Source: the human T2T-CHM13v2.0 reference genome, Homo sapiens. From it: a stretch of DNA of 64,000 bases. Shown one piece after another: positions 34,901 through 58,075 of the stretch (positions within the stretch are counted from its first letter, which is position 1; each line of letters starts with the position of its first letter). The translations under genes were made by a program, and so were the position numbers. The notes beneath the pieces were generated by a model. The model saw only the letters and a program-made list of their open reading frames with translations, had not been told where the DNA came from and ran no database searches. Where the stretch lies: assembly GCF_009914755.1 (NCBI RefSeq), contig NC_060933.1. One strand, written 5' to 3'.

Positions 34901-36664
34901 TTTAAGGTGTCTCCCAGTTGGGTTTCTATTTTAGATGACTTTTTGAAGAATATATCTCTGTAATAGAAATATGTTTGATGATTCTCATCTTTAAGAACTG
35001 CACATTTGCTATAATTAAGATATTTATGAATTTATTGTAAGAAGATTGGTAGAAAAAGTAATGCAACATCAAATGGGAAAATAAATATATAATATTATAT
35101 AGCTGTTCAAATATAGGGTTTATGATTCTTGTGCTAATTTGAACTGCTGTACAACACCAGGAGAAAAGTCCACAGCTGTGTTAAGAAAGCTCTTATAAGC
35201 TTATGAAATTTTATAGCACAGGCTGTCACAGAACCTACAATTTACAAACATTTGTAAAAGTTAGGAAAGTTTTGGGTTCCTCAATAGAAAATGATGTTGC
35301 TTAGCTTTAAGAAAGTAACTAATTTATCTCTTTTTATTCTTGTCCACTAACAAAGGAACCCAAATGGTCTTTTAAAATTATAATAAAACTAAGCTAGTAA
35401 AATATCACATAGATTTTGAGATACTGTGAATAACCATAGAAAATAACAATTTGTTATTCTTCATGTATAAAAATAAGCTTAACACGCTTATCAATACATC
35501 TTGAACTATAAGAGATTTATTTCAGCAGTGTTGCCAAAGGGCAAGCAATGCCTGCTGCCCATAGAAAACTTTGAATTCCCTAAGCTCGGGGCTCCTCACT
35601 TGTCATGTAACCCACTGCGTGTGCACACATCCATCTGTGCCCATCCATATTCCCCCAGAGGACTTGGAGGCAAGGAAATTGATGCAAATATGCTGATGCT
35701 CATATTGTTTGCTATGCTGTAAGTAATACAGTCCTTTGCTTTGACCCAGAAGTCTTCTGCCGCAACCATGAAACAAACTGGCAGACTCATTTGTTAGCTT
35801 GCAAGTAGGGTAAAATCTCTCCTCACGGTTCTTCACAGTGTACTTGTCTGTGCAGTGGTCATCTTCTTCATGAATATAATTATAACATGATATAAGAAAT
35901 AGTGAGCTCTTACCTATAGATAAGCAAACATTGCAATATAAAAATAGCATATGTCATTTCATAAATCACAGTTGACACATTCTAGAGAAGAGATTGGGCA
36001 GCCTTCCTTTTTTGGATGTCACAGTTGATTCTACTGTCCTCATTTCTTCTTCTCTTTTCTGGGATATGAGGAAGAATTGCTGTGACAAAGCTCATCTCCT
36101 GGGTGGCCGGGGTTGATTGTCAATTTGTTTTGTTTTGGCAGGCTAGGCAGATGTCCTCTACCTCCTTCTTTATGCCATGTGACATTCATCCCTTTGATTT
36201 TCCTATTGCATTTTATTTAGTATTTTAGAATACTGCCCACATTCCATTCTGGAAAGTCCACTGTCCCAGCCAGAGTTTTCTTAGAAAGCTGAGCCTGTGA
36301 TGGGCGTTTGTGCAGGTAGCCTCTTTTAGAAAGTGAGCACATAAAAGAGGGAAGAATGGAATAGAGAAGAAAAATCCACCAAAAGGGGGTGTCATTGAGC
36401 TGGTCACTTCTGTGAGCAACTGGGGCACGAACTCCCTGGGAAGCTCTCAGGAAGCCGGTAGAATGTGTTTCACAGCTGTGCCTCTGAGAGACAGCAGGGG
36501 GAATGCATTTATCCCGAGTCCTGTCCAGGGATTCAGCACTGCCCTTGGGGTGCTAACTCCTGGCTCTAAGGAGAGGAATATGAATGAATGGGTTGTGACT
36601 GGGTTTCTGCAGGCATCGCAGAGGCCAAGAGACAAAGAGAGAACTCGAACACTGAACTTTTCAA

Positions 36665-42250
<5,586 letters not shown>

Positions 42251-42336
42251 TGTCTATTTTCTTAGCCTTATGAGCTTTGTCAAAAGAGTGCAGCTTCTTC
42301 TGGTTTTTCTTATGAGTATACAAAAAATCTCTTTGA

Positions 42337-42698
<362 letters not shown>

Positions 42699-43539
42699 TC
42701 ACTGTAAATATTCTTTCCTTGGTTACTTTGCCCATTTCTCTCTTCTTCAGTGGAACATGTTTTTTCTGGGTTTCATTTGGGTAGCTTTTCACATTTGATG
42801 AACGATGTTGTCCTCAATCATAACAACAGTGTCTCTTTGTATAGTGGTTGCTCGGAGGTCTACAAGGTAGTATTATGTAACATTTCCCATTGTGTTCTAA
42901 ATACTCTTATCTTTTTAAGTTAAAAAATTGAAGTCAAAGCTGCCTCTAAAGTCACACACATAGCTTGAAATAATAGAGTTGAAATTTGGACATAAAACAT
43001 ATTGCCATGGGATAATGCCTGTTGTTTTCCTAAAGTTTTAAAATTATCTTTTTGACATCTCAAATAAACATTTGTCTATTGACAGGGCTCCTTCCTTGGG
43101 CACAATAAATTCTAAGATGTTCTGGTTATTATTTTCTCAAGGATTCTGACACTGCCACCTTACTAATCATATTAGAGCCAAGTACGGAGTAGTGAACAAG
43201 TTCTGATAATTTGCAGGTTTATTACTTTGGGCTGAAAAAAATCTAGCTGATGTCATTGGTCTTGTTGGGATCTGTCTTCAGAATGCAATTGGAGTGCATC
43301 TCTTAACCCTTACTTAAGTATCACTGAAGTTCTCTTTCTTCAGCTCCCAGATGCTCCATAGCCTGCTCTGGCCTGTGAGGTCATGAGGTCCCTTTAAGAT
43401 GTTATAAGTTGAACACAGTCTTCTTTCCATCCCTCTGTAACATGTCTTGGGAAGAAGCCATATCCTTCTCATACCTTATATTCTCATTCAGACCCTAATT
43501 CTGTCAACTCTCAGAGGTGCATAGAAAGAATTATTATTA

Positions 43540-43820
43540 TTTTTAATTTTTTTAGTTTTTAATTTTGTGGTTGCATAGTAGGTGTATATATTGATGGGCT
43601 ACATGAGATGTTTTGATACAGGCATGCAATGTGAAATAAGTGCATCAAGAAAAATGGAGTATCCATCCCCTCATGCAATTATCCTTCGCGTTGCAAACAA
43701 TCCAATTACACTCTTTAAGTTATTTAAAAATGTACAATTAAGTAATTATTGACTATAGTCATCTCTTGTGTTATCAAATACTAGGTGTTATTCATTTTTT
43801 CTATTTTTTTGTACCCGTGG
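43540..43820 (-). mobile_element. L1MA-type 3' end
   Basis: gtaggtgtatatattgatgggctacatgagatgttttgatacaggcatgcaatg is a typical L1MA 3' UTR. Confidence 0.8.
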
Positions 43821-44448
43821 AAAGATCATTTATTGCCCTTTATTAACAGTTCATCTTTATCACTTATATTCCCACAGCTGTGGATACATTCGTAAGAACA
43901 ATTATTAGTGATGACATCGCCACATGATTTTCTTTTTAAATTATATGCACCTGTGTTGTTGTATTTTTTTCTGTGTCGTGTCTGATGTCTTTCTGCAGGA
44001 CTTAATTTTGTTATTTGGTTTCCTCTCTTTCTACTTAGCAGTAAGTCTCAAAAAAATAGGTTCGTCTTATTCTCGTATTATATACTTTAGCCAAAAATCT
44101 ATAGTTTAAAAATTGGTATTGAATTTATCACAGAAGTATAATTTAACTACATAGCAAGAAATTTAGAAATAAAAGGAAAGAGAACAAGATCATCTATCCA
44201 GCTTCCTCAGGGAAAAGGAGCTGATCTATGTTGAATCCCTTCTGTGTTTCTAGAGCTGTGTTTGTTGGATTTAACACCCATTATCTCATCTCAATCCAGC
44301 AGATCTCTTTGTCCATTATCTTCTCATATGCAGATTTTCCCATCCCATCTCCTTCATCTCTCCACATGTTTAAATAGTTCTTATATTTATTGTTGTAATG
44401 ACTGTAGAGTAGATCGTCAAATTAAGATGCTTAAATTTATGTAAACTT

Positions 44449-44628
44449 GACCGGGCATGGTGGCTCACGCCTGTAATCCCAGCACTTTGGGAGGTTGAGG
44501 CAGGTGGATCATGAGATCAGGAGATCGATACCATCCTGGCTAACATGGTGAAACCCCGTGTCTACTAAAAATACAAAAAAAAAATTAGCCTGGGCGACAG
44601 GGCGAGGCTCCGTCTCAAAAAAAAAAAA
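44449..44628 (+). mobile_element. AluY-type with most of right arm deleted
   Basis: Linker aaaattagcc is joined directly to tgggcgacag...ctccgtctc and poly-A. Confidence 0.88.
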
Positions 44629-46124
44629 TAAACTCTGTAAACTTTCCTCTAGGTCTTCATTTGTGTTGTGTCTTTTGTAGTTCTCATAGAATAAAGTCCT
44701 TGGTCCTGGTATGTTAAAATTGGTATGCTGTTGTTATAACTTTATATTTGTAGTGCTGTAAGTCATTTGAAAACACCAATGTCAGGAGGTATTCAATGTT
44801 CCTATGCTAGGTTTTCTTTAACAAGTCAAAATGTCATCTGGAAGGAGAGACAACGTGTAACCCCTATCTCCTACCCCCTGTAAATTCTAATTTATAGAAT
44901 TTAAACCTGTTTCTATGTGTCTTCTTCCAAGCCTCATCTGTTCCCACAGGTAGACTGTAGGAATTGTCTGTCATGTCCCGGGAACCAGACACTCATCAGC
45001 TGGTCATGCCAGTCTCTCTTCCTCACCCCAGAATCATCAGTCAGCAGGCAAGGCTCCTTTCTTGGGAGTGAGGTTCTCCTGTTCCCTCTCATCCCCATCT
45101 GCCGCCGCACGTGGCTGCTGTGTGGCTCCCTGTGAGTGAGGTGCTGCTCCTTCTCCAGAGGTGTAATTCATTTTCCATGAGACAGACCTCAGTATTTCAG
45201 AAGAGTAAGCCTTACTGGGGCCTTCACACATGTGAGAAGACTTCAGAGCAGAGACAAAACTTGAGTTGAGCCCTGAAGATAATAAGTGATGGGAACTCGC
45301 AGACAGGAGGGGCTGCAATGTCATCGGGTGAGCGGTCAAGGAGCGTTGGTGCATGCATCCCACATTCAGGAAACAGTGAGAAGACCACTCCAATTAAAGG
45401 AGGAAGCGCATCTGAGAAATGTGTAGGGGATTCGGCTGTAGTGCAGAGAGTGACAGGGAACAGGTGATGGAAGGAATTGAATGCCAGGACCTGAAATTTG
45501 AATTTCAGGACAGGTGCAGTGGGGATCCATTGGAGCTGGTTGATATGGCTGTTTGTGTGACTTGCACTCAGCAATAGTTTAAAACCGTTTCTGCTCTGGT
45601 GATATGTAAGGTGTGTGTGTGGCTGGGGACAGTCAATAAGGAAACATTGGCTGTAAGGATTAGTTAGGTCATTAACATGAGGACCTACAGTGAGATGATG
45701 ATCATGATAATGGAAAAGCTGCCATATACACACAAAAAGTACATAATCCTTGTCAATTTATTGGCTGTAAAGGGAAGATAAGGGTGGGGGCTCAGGACAG
45801 TGTACTTATTGAGCATTTTTCAGTTTCAGGTGACCAAAATCTAAGATCAAATAGGCTTGAATAATAAAGGGAACCAAAGTGTCTTGATTGAAGCCAGGCT
45901 GAATTTAGGCAATCAGATTCTTTCATCAGCAGTCTGCCTCTTTCCTTCTTGCAGTTTTATTTTCATCTACAACTGGCCTCATTCTTGGGCAGCTCTGTCT
46001 ATGCCTTAGCTTCAGGCATACCGTTTACCAGCTTAGGAGCGTGACTATTTTCCTTTATTTCTGTTCTTAGCAATGTTGAGTTCTACAGATATTATGCCTT
46101 TATTTGTTTATTCTACTCAGTAGG

Positions 46125-46240
46125 ATAAGCTTCACAGGAGCAGAGACTTTTTCTGTTGTTTATGGTTATATCCCCAGAACATAGGGGCACACCTGGCACA
46201 GTATAGATTTTCAACAAATATTTGTTGAATGAATGAATGG
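46125..46240 (+). mobile_element. L2 3' end
   Basis: cctggcacagtatag...aaatatttgttgaatgaatgaatg. Confidence 0.75.
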
Positions 46241-47349
46241 GTATTTCTTCCAAGAGTTCAAGCCGAAAGTCCCAGGTTCTGCTGTTATTCATTCGAAAGT
46301 CCCAGGTTCTGTTCCCATTCATTCAGCGTGGGCTTCCTGACCATCCTGGAACCAGTCCTTTCCAGTAGGACAGGCATGGCATTCAGTTGCCAGGCCTGAG
46401 GCTTGTCCCTGTGCTGGCCCCAGGTGGTAGGGTGAGCCCCCTTCAGACCCCATGGAGTGAGATGTAGGGAAGACAGTGACTGAAGATAATCGAATGGAGA
46501 TCAAGACCATGTAAAACAGAAGTTTTTATATGGAAAAAAGTAGATTTTTACATTGACCATCACTGCTTATGTTCACTGTGAGTAAAATGTACTTTTTCCG
46601 AAGCATTCCCTCTAGATAGCAATGCACAGATCAATTCAGATTCATAACAAGATGAACTTTTGGTACCTTCTAAATAAAAGCATTATTTAACCTCTCATTA
46701 AGATAATGTTAAGGTACATTAAGAACTGAAAAGACAGGTGATGAAATGGGAAGAATGGAATAGCGCCGTATCCAGATGAACATCCAGACGTGGCCTGAAG
46801 AAGGTATGGGCACCCCCTTCCCTGTTTGTGATTCGATTCCCGAGGCTGTGCTCCCTGCTGACTCAATATGTGGAACCAGAGAGAAGCCTGCTGTGGAGTT
46901 AGTGAATTTGACCTAATCGAGACAGTCTGAGAAAGGACAGGAATCTTTTTTTTTTTCTTTTTTCTTTTTTTAGAACAAAGAGGTTTTCTGTACATCTGTG
47001 ATAACACAGTAACCATCTGTTGAACTCTTTAATAATAGGCTTTGTGTTTTTCTGATAATTCGAAGCTTGTTAAGGTGCCGTCCCCTCATATTAGCAATTC
47101 GGTGGCCCCTTCCCCTCTCCTTCCATCGTTAGGTTCCGCCGACACAGTGCTTAGCTCCTTTCACAGTGAGGAGCAAGTGCAGCCGCAAGCATGGGGAGAG
47201 CCACAGCCTGGCAGAGTGGCTTAGCATCATGAAGCCCTTCTCAGAAGGAATTGAGTATCTGTGCGATTCAAAGGGATGTTAATCGTATTTTCAGTGGAAC
47301 TCTCCTGCATTTGCCCTAAAATATCCAATATGTAATTCCATATAAACAG

Positions 47350-47812
47350 TGTGTTCATTTCCTATGGCCCTTGTGAGAAATGACCATAAACTGGCTGACT
47401 TAAAGCAAAATAATTTATTCTGTCATAGTCTGGAGACCAGAAGTTCCGCATCAGTATCCCTAGTCCAAAATCAAGATGGGCCACACTCCCTACGAAGGCT
47501 CTAGGGGGACATCCATTCTTCGTTTCTTCCGGCTTCCTGTGGTTGCCCGTGTGCCTCACCTTGTGGGTGCCTCACTCCATTTTCACACCCTCTTCTCTTT
47601 TGTGTGGGGCTCTGTTCATCATCACCTTTATCTCTCTTACAAGGGCAGTTCTGATGGTATTTAAGACCCAGCCAGATAATTCAAGATAATTTCCTCGTCT
47701 CAGGGTCTTTGATCACATCTGGAGAACCTTACCTTCTGAAGTAACCTTCACAGGGTCCCGGGATTGGGGCATAGACATATCTTTGGGAGCCACTGTCAGC
47801 CTGTCCTAACAC
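47350..47812 (-). mobile_element. MaLR MLT1-type LTR
   Basis: Motifs ggctgacttaaagcaaaataatttattctgtcatagtctggagaccagaag and gaagtaaccttcacagg. Confidence 0.7.
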
Positions 47813-49376
47813 ATGTAAGATTCATCTCTGATAAAGGCATTCAGCCACAAGTGCAGTGTGGTTTGGTCTTTTAATAAAATCCTTTAAGTAATACTGTAAT
47901 GAATTCGGAGCTCCATCTGGAGATGCCAGGAGGTGTCCTCATTTGAATGTAAAGCTCCTCCCCATAGGATCAGTTGTCGCCCCTCCTTTTGGCTTTTCCC
48001 ATTTCCTCTGCAGATACGGACAAAATCTGTCCATGTATTATCCATGCATTCTTTTTTTTTTTCATTCTTATTATCAGATCCCAGAATAATGAATTGCTGT
48101 TTGAAAATGCATGGTTTATGTTTATCTTTTCCAGAAGCACTTTTATACGCATCTCTCCCTAGTAGTGTTTGCTCTTTCAGAGGCTGGTTTTGTTCCTAAG
48201 CAATTAAGATGCTTCCCTGTGTTTTGGAATAAATAGTAGTATCTACATATTTTGCTCTTCTGTTTATTTCCTATAACAGATATTTACACATCTCCCTCCC
48301 ATGTTAGATTCTGGACTTCTTGAACCTAGAACTATGTCTCTCTTTATGCCCCATAATGCTTTGCACATGGTAGGTGCTCAATACACTTTTATTAAATAAG
48401 TGCAAGAATTAACATAAATGAAACGCTGTTTTGAAAAGTATATCATCTCTGTCTTAGGTAAGGGCAATTCCTCAAATTGATTTTTTAATCATTTCATATT
48501 CATGTGGTAAAAATTGTCATAAACTAGCACATCTGTGAATGCAATGTTGATTTGTATACAGGAAGCCCTTAGGCTAATTTTAATCTTCTGCTGTCTTTCA
48601 TGAACATAATACTAAGAAATGGTTTCTGTCCCAAACCGTTCATAGGCACCATGCTGGGAATCACAAAGCATGCTGGGAATACTTGTCAAGGAGAAGTGGG
48701 AAGCTAAGAGTGATGCCAGGCAGGGGTCAGGGGACAAACCAAGACCATAGAGTGGGGAGAGAGGAACCTAGGCAGAGCTAATCGCCGAGACTAAATCAAC
48801 AAGCCTAGGGAAGTGCAGCAAGCCAAAAACCCTCTGGTCTAGCGTGCATCTTCAAAGTTGTCACTTGAGGTGGCTGCATGGAAGGTGGCAGGTGGGATCC
48901 TCTATGGGTTTATCTCTACTTCTCTCTCAACCGTTGTTGAGCCTTCAGCTAAGTCACCAACCCATACTGTGTTTATTCTCTGCATTTTCCAAATGCTTCT
49001 CTTCTTCAAACCTGCAAGTTTTAATATGAATCCAGCTGTTACCCAGTTCAGCACAGGTGATTTTTAAGGAAGTCCACCATTTTTGAACAGATATAAAATA
49101 ACCCTGAATAAAACATTTTATATCATTTTCAACCATGATCTTCTAGGAGAACAATAATATAAAATATACCTATGTAGCAATGAATCTCTGCCTTTAGATG
49201 GTGAGAATAAATGTGAAATAATCAATACTTGTAACATTAAGACCCTAGAACCCTCTATATTGAGCCAAGCACATGGAAATATAGTGAATCTTAACCAGAT
49301 TTCCAAATAAGCTGAGGAAGAGGGAGATCCAGCCCCTGTAACACTTGTGGGGTGCCCACTGTATTTTCCCCTCTGA

Positions 49377-49797
<421 letters not shown>

Positions 49798-52668
49798 AAT
49801 TTATTGCCTTTCTGAAGGGCAAGATTTATTCAAGCCTGTGCCAGAAATTTTCTTCATTACAAGGTGACTCTTTGGCAGACAGATGCTATTGACTCTTGAA
49901 TTTTCCAAAGGCGAAATGGAAAATTTCAGCCATTTTGTTTCCAGCTGTCTTTACAGATTTATATTTGGACCTTAATCCTATTGGAAATCATCTGAAACTC
50001 ATGAAACACACAATTGGAAAGTTAATTAGGGAGAAACCAAGGGAAAGAATAACTATTATCTATTACACCTATTTAGAACCTTCTCTTGAGATCTGGTTAT
50101 TATTTTTATTAGAGATGTGAATCTGATACCTCTAGGCCTCTTGTGTTTGAACTCTAATAAATTGTACTCTGCTAACTTAGGAAGACTAAGTTTAATTAAG
50201 TGTATTGGTTAATGATAATTCTCTTTTACGTATTTAGTAAATATTCAGTTGAAGTTTATTGAGCATGTGCTATCTTTCAGATTCTGCGCTAGGTATAGAG
50301 CACATGAAGTTGGGAAAGACTTTTATTGTGCCTTCAAGAGCTCATGATTCCACAGAGAGAGTTAGACATGTCAGCCAGGAATCCCAGGGACAAGTGAAAT
50401 GCCCAGTGCTGTTTCATGTATCGCATGATACTGCAGGAATCCAGGGACACGTGAAACGCCCAGTGCTGTTTTATGTATTGCATGATACTGCAGGACAGAG
50501 GCATCATGAGAACAGCTATCATGCTTTTCTAATGTAGGAAGAGATTTTATCCAAAAAATGTCAATGCTACTTTAGATGTTCTTGGATTTGTTTTATTCTT
50601 TCCCAGAAAATAGAGAGAAAATAACATCAGGCAGACAGGCTTAGGAGGCACTATTCCCTGGATGATGTCCTTCCTTCTTGGATCCTGCTGTGACCACTCG
50701 TGGGCCATGTGGGACTTGTCTATAGATGGAGCAGAGCCTTAGTTGCCTTCTTGTACTTTAGCTTCTTCACAGTTTTAAAATGCCTTTTTAGAAAATGTAA
50801 GTAAAGTTCGTAGCCAGTTGGATTCGTATTTATCTATTTTTCTTAGCCCACTCTGTAGCATATTTGCTGACATCTGGGAATCCCGACTGCACAGTGTTAT
50901 CCAGAGAGCATGTGTGCTGGGGAAATCAAGAAAGCCTCTCTTGTGGCATAAACATTGAGGGGGACATTTAAGGAAAGCGTAGAGAAAGCAAACCTTTCTT
51001 AACAGCTCTGCACATTTCAATGGCTTCTTGCTGTGTAAAAATATTGGGTGCTCTTCATGCTAAAGATGTTAAATGCAATTTCTTAGCTAGATTATGCTGC
51101 TCTTTGTATGTAAAAAATCACAAATTCCAGTGTCTGACTCACCTGTATAAATGTGACATTGTCACTTATGGGGAATATATAGAAAAATGTTCCTATATCA
51201 AATACTCTGAATGTTTTACCAAGCAATGAGATACTGTTCTCCCTGTTGTAGAATAGATGCTTCACAATGAGTTACTGAGTTTTTCTTTTGTCATGTCTTA
51301 AAGACATGTCACTGTCTTAATGGCAATGCATGCTTTTAGAAAAGCAGATATAATTCCAGTATTTCTTTATGAAATGATATTCACTCAGGCAAATTATGTG
51401 CACTGAATTTTCTTTCTGTTGTTGCAGTATCATGTACTCAACCAAACAAATCAGGAGAGACCCTGAATTACCTCTTATCTATCTCACTGAACATAGTTGA
51501 CATTTTGCTAAGTCGTAGCAATCTAATTAATTCTGGTTGCCTTCTTTCTGTGACTTAACAAGTTGCTCACAAAGAAAAAAAGTGTATCCAAAATATGCAG
51601 TTCAGAATCATCTAATGATATATTCAAGGTATAACATTCCTCTTTCACAGACATATCTTAATGTGTGACAGAAAACTTATGTGTAACATTATTAGATCAA
51701 TAACCATGCTGGAAGAGGTACCCTTTTTATGAGAAAATATATGACAAGCCTGAAAGTACAGTGATTACAGGATTGGACTGCGGGACTCAGAGGTAACCTC
51801 TGGGTTGCTTCTGTTACCCATGGCTACGCATAGGAAAAGAGCTACCCAAGGTGGGAATGGTCCCAGGGGCTCCTCAAGTTTGACGGTGGGGAACACCAGG
51901 GGCAAGAAGGCTCTGAGGGTCCTTATGGTCTTAGGACAAATAAGATGATCTGGGTCAAACACTACTTAACCCCCAGCAATTCTTTTAGACCAGAGCTGAA
52001 GCAATAGAGAGTCACCCTGAGGTGAGGGTGACATGGTGACATGCAGGGGTCCTTGGGTTGGAAAGGCAGAGCAAGTTCCTGCAATGCTCAAGTTATCAGG
52101 CAAAAAGGAGGAGCCTCCATCTCCTGTAGGCAAGTAGCCCGCAGTAATTCCCTCTGGAGGGGTCTACAGAGTGGGCTTTTTCCAGTTCATCACTACAGGT
52201 GTTGCCTCTCATGGGTCCTGGCTTCACGCAGGTAACTCTGACCTGAACACCTGGTGCATTTCACTTTTCCCATCCCCCACAGGTTCTGTGCTGGGGCACT
52301 GTGAGAATTTCTAGCCGCTATTGAGGTTTGGGCACAGAATTCACACTACCTCTGTATGTGTGTACCTAAAGAACCTAAGCATCAAATTGAGTTTAAAGTA
52401 GTGTTGGATGGGTGATGTACCCAGACATCTTGCAGAATTGAGAAAATGTGGGACATTAGGGAACTTTGAGGGCTAATGGACCTGTTTTATGTCTTCATTA
52501 TGGTGGAGGTTACAAGGCTGAATGCATTTGTCAAAATGAATAGAGCTGTACACTTTAAAAACATCAAATAAATTCTCTGGAATTTTACTCTCTGTAAATT
52601 ATGCTGCAATGTAAATTTTAAAAATTGTAAAGAATTAAAAAAGGAGTGATGATTGCCATACATCCTAG

Positions 52669-52920
<252 letters not shown>

Positions 52921-53445
52921 TAACAAAATAATTATAATTGATTAATACTTTGCAGAAGGAAGTAAAATTCAGAATAAGCATATTTGTTCACATTTGAAAC
53001 TCCAAGAATGTATTTGACAGGAATAAGTTGATCACTTCGGCTTTCTTGTCCTGCTGGGTTTCCCTTGGTATGATCTTTGTGTGCCTTGAACAAGTCACAC
53101 CTGACTTTGACAGTGTTTGAACTCTTTGTATACCCCTTGCAATATCTGAGTATTATTTATCAAAGACCTTAGATTCTGCCATGTCCTTTTTTTTTTACCT
53201 TGGATTCTTTTGTTCTGCCACAGTATACATTTTGTTGTCCCAGATTATTTAATTATCCCTATTTGGATGAGAAAATTGGCAAAGTAAAGAAGCGTTTAAG
53301 AAGATTTTTATTATGTTTTAACTACAACTCTTAGTTTATTTCTTATTATGGTGGACTTGATTCTCTCTTTAGCATCCACTGTAGAGAAATAACCATGTAA
53401 TGGTTTATTCATGCTCCACTGTGACTATTCCATTTATATTTGTAA

Positions 53446-54355
<910 letters not shown>

Positions 54356-55672
54356 TTTTTTTTTTTTTTTTTTTTTTTAACTCCCTGTTGCATTTCTTGG
54401 TGTTTTCTGTATTTGAGCACATTTAATGCATTGCACATTGGACCAAATAAATATGTTCTGGCATTTGTTATAGGCAGTATGGCTATGAAACATGAACAAT
54501 TTAACTTTTCATTTTTCTGTTTATTTTTCTTAAGTCTGTGATTTCATTTGTTGCAGAGATATGGGCTCTGTTTCGTTACTTTAGATTCTATTGCTGCAGA
54601 GCCTCAGTGGATGGTCATTATCACTGAAACAGTGACTAAGCCTGGGCACAGGGGGTAAAGGAAAACAAGAGCAATCTCAAGCCATAGCTCTTCTTGATGT
54701 CAAATCATATTTTGTACTAAAGTACATGATTATGAGGATTCTTTATCTTAGGGATCATTTTTATTCTTAGTTCATGTTCCTGTAACTCATCGTGCAAAAA
54801 AGCATGATATCAATCTTAATAAAATTTATTTTCATGTTAATGAAGTTAGAAAAACAGGCTTACTTTAGTTAGCTATCAACTAAGTTTATTACAAATTCAT
54901 TGTTGTTGCTTTTTTAAATTGGTTTTGACTTTTTTCTTCTCCCTCGTGGTAGCCTGGAGTATTCATCAAAGGAGTTCCAAATTGGGAGTGATTTATTGAA
55001 GGCTATAGATTATCTCTAGTGTTTTCATATCCTTTATTAGATTCAGAATGGTCTATGGAAGAGTGACTGAACAAATGTTCTGATCATAAATAATTAAACT
55101 AACAAATAATGACCCCCTGTCTCAGACATTAAAGCCTTTCTCCAGTGGAGTGTAAAGATCTCAGAGCTAAAAATTAACAGGCAGAAAACAAGTAGTTTCC
55201 CTGTTGTGCAGCCCAGTGCCTTCTTCCCATGTGATGGGAAGACGCCATGGAAACAGCTGCGATAGTTACTCAAGCCTTAGCCTGAGGGGTGAGAGGGGAA
55301 CAAGGTAGCTATGCATCCCGTCTGTCCCAGTGTAAAGAGTCAAAATGGACTTTTTGGAGGTGTCTTTCTTCATGCCTCTTGGATACCACAAGTAAACTAG
55401 TTCTTCCATGCCACTAAATGATGAACCCATGGGCCAAACAAGTTAATGCACTTTTATAAGCAACTTATTTAATTCCCTTTAATGGGGAAGACTCAATTTT
55501 TCCACCAAAGGTTTCATAAGTTATGAAGCATAATCCAGAATTACTTTCAACTTGTAAAAATGTATTATCATGAATATTGCACAGATTGGATTATAACTAA
55601 TTAAATATGTTTTTGCTTTCTACATCTTCATAGTTAGAATTTCAGTATAACCTCTAACATGGTATTGGCTAA

Positions 55673-56006
<334 letters not shown>

Positions 56007-58075
56007 GACCTGTTGTAAATTTAAGAGGCTAAGGGTCAGTGTGCATTTCTACACCTTTCACATTGCATCACTTGAAGCTAAGAAGAACTCTGTGGTATAT
56101 TACATGTAAAAATAAGACTGAAATAAGCTGACAAAGACTTAGGGCAAAAAAATAAGGTTTTGAGTAGAATTGAAGAAAACATTTTGATAATAATATCAAA
56201 GAAATTCAGAGATGCCATTGAAACCATTTAATTATTTAAACATGTTTGTTATTCCTTTTTCTGTAACTTCTTCTGACACTAATTGAAAATTTCAGAAAAT
56301 TAACCTATAGTTTAAAATGTTTAAAATATGAGAATTCAAATGATACACTGGCACATAGTAAATTCTTAACATTTCAAAATAAATAATGAATGATCTATAT
56401 TAGGAAATGAAATCTTTATATGATACACACATACAGTTGTAAAACTTGGTTTTCTCCATAATCAATAATTGGCTTTCAGAGGCAATTTAATTATGCAATG
56501 GTTGTCCTTAGTTTTATTATACTTTATAATAAATGGATTGATGCTTTGTTTAGTTGACAAATACAGACATAGGTGAATTAATTTTACCTTTTTCCTTAGG
56601 CCTGTCTTCTCATGTGCTTATAGCTGTGTCTGTGTCAGATGAATTTGTGAAAATATATTCTCTTGTTTTAGACAATTTCAACAATTAATAAACACTGTGA
56701 AGTTGTTATTCCATGACTGTTTGAGATGGAAAACCAGCCGTTTTGGGTATCATTCACATACTGGCTAAAGACATACATTTATTTGTGCATTTGCTGCCCT
56801 GTGTCTCCTCTGCATTTATTATATTAGCAGTTTCAGTTTAAAGTTTATTTTTCTGTAATTCAGATTCCTTGCTTCTTATGCTGGTTGTCATATGAATATG
56901 CCTTTCTAAGATTAGGATAAAACACTCTTCTTGGTGTTTTCTTTCAGTCCTGTCTTGAGTTATTTTTAATCAAAATGCTAGGCTGAGGTCAACTGATTGT
57001 AATTTGTTTATAAGGAAAAAATGGAAGGTGACCTGAAGAATTTTCTCTCCTCCCTTTACCCAAAAGTATTTATTCTTATTTTGAAATGAGAAATTCCTTC
57101 AGAATTCCCCAAGATCAAAGAGGGCTATCTCACTGACAGCTAAGACACTGTTGTCTTCATCTGTAACTTGACTAGTCTTGTCCAAAAGAGGCCTCTTCTG
57201 GGTTGGAATTGCATTTAGTTTTAAATAAACAATTATGCAGAAAGTGCTTCTTCCATCTTATTAAAATTTCAGAGTTAGAAGAAAAGGCATCTGAAGTTTC
57301 CAAGTAGAACTATAACAGACCTAGTGTTTTTAGTATCCCCATAAGTAAGCATTCTAGCATAAGGGAGGGTTTGCTGGTTGCTCATTGAATGTTGTCTTGG
57401 CCGCTCACAGACCAACACATGATGAGTGTAAGATAAACTCTTTGGTCTAAAGAGAGAAAACATAAGAGTCTGTAGCTGTAACATGTCTGCTGACCCAAGC
57501 TGGAATGTTTTAGTGTATTGTGTCACCTAGTGAGTTTTAGGATTTCCCTCCCCACTTATGAGTTTTCCACCTCAGGTTAAAGGAATGTGGGATATTAAGG
57601 AGAATTATTAAGAGAGAAAGGGCAAGTATTTGGAAATGCAAAACCTAGACAAGGTGGAGATGATGTACTGGAGTCAGAGAGGAATTAATAGCATATTAAT
57701 ATCAACATCATTATGGCCCACACACATCTATCATGCTCTCTAGTATTGTGTCCAAGGTCCATAGATGGTCACTGTCTTATTATATCCCTGATCATACTAG
57801 CTTTACCAGACTTTCAGGTCACCCAGGGGCTACATCTCTTAGACAGCAGAATATTAAGATAATGGAAAACAATAATAAGTTATGACAGTGTGTGAAAAAC
57901 ATGAAAAAGATTTTATATTCTCTCATGATAGATGTAATTCAAGATGCTACTGCAATAAATTAAAAAATATATATGCTTTTTTGCAAGGATAACCCATGTG
58001 TTTTCATGGTCTAACGAAGTTAGACAGCATTGTTATTTGTGGCTTGAGACCTCTGCAATTGCTCCTTTTTAAAGT

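Noticed and set aside
46210-46229. Perfect 20-bp palindrome ttcaacaaatatttgttgaa
   Set aside because: One or two substitutions from the ordinary L2 3' terminal sequence.
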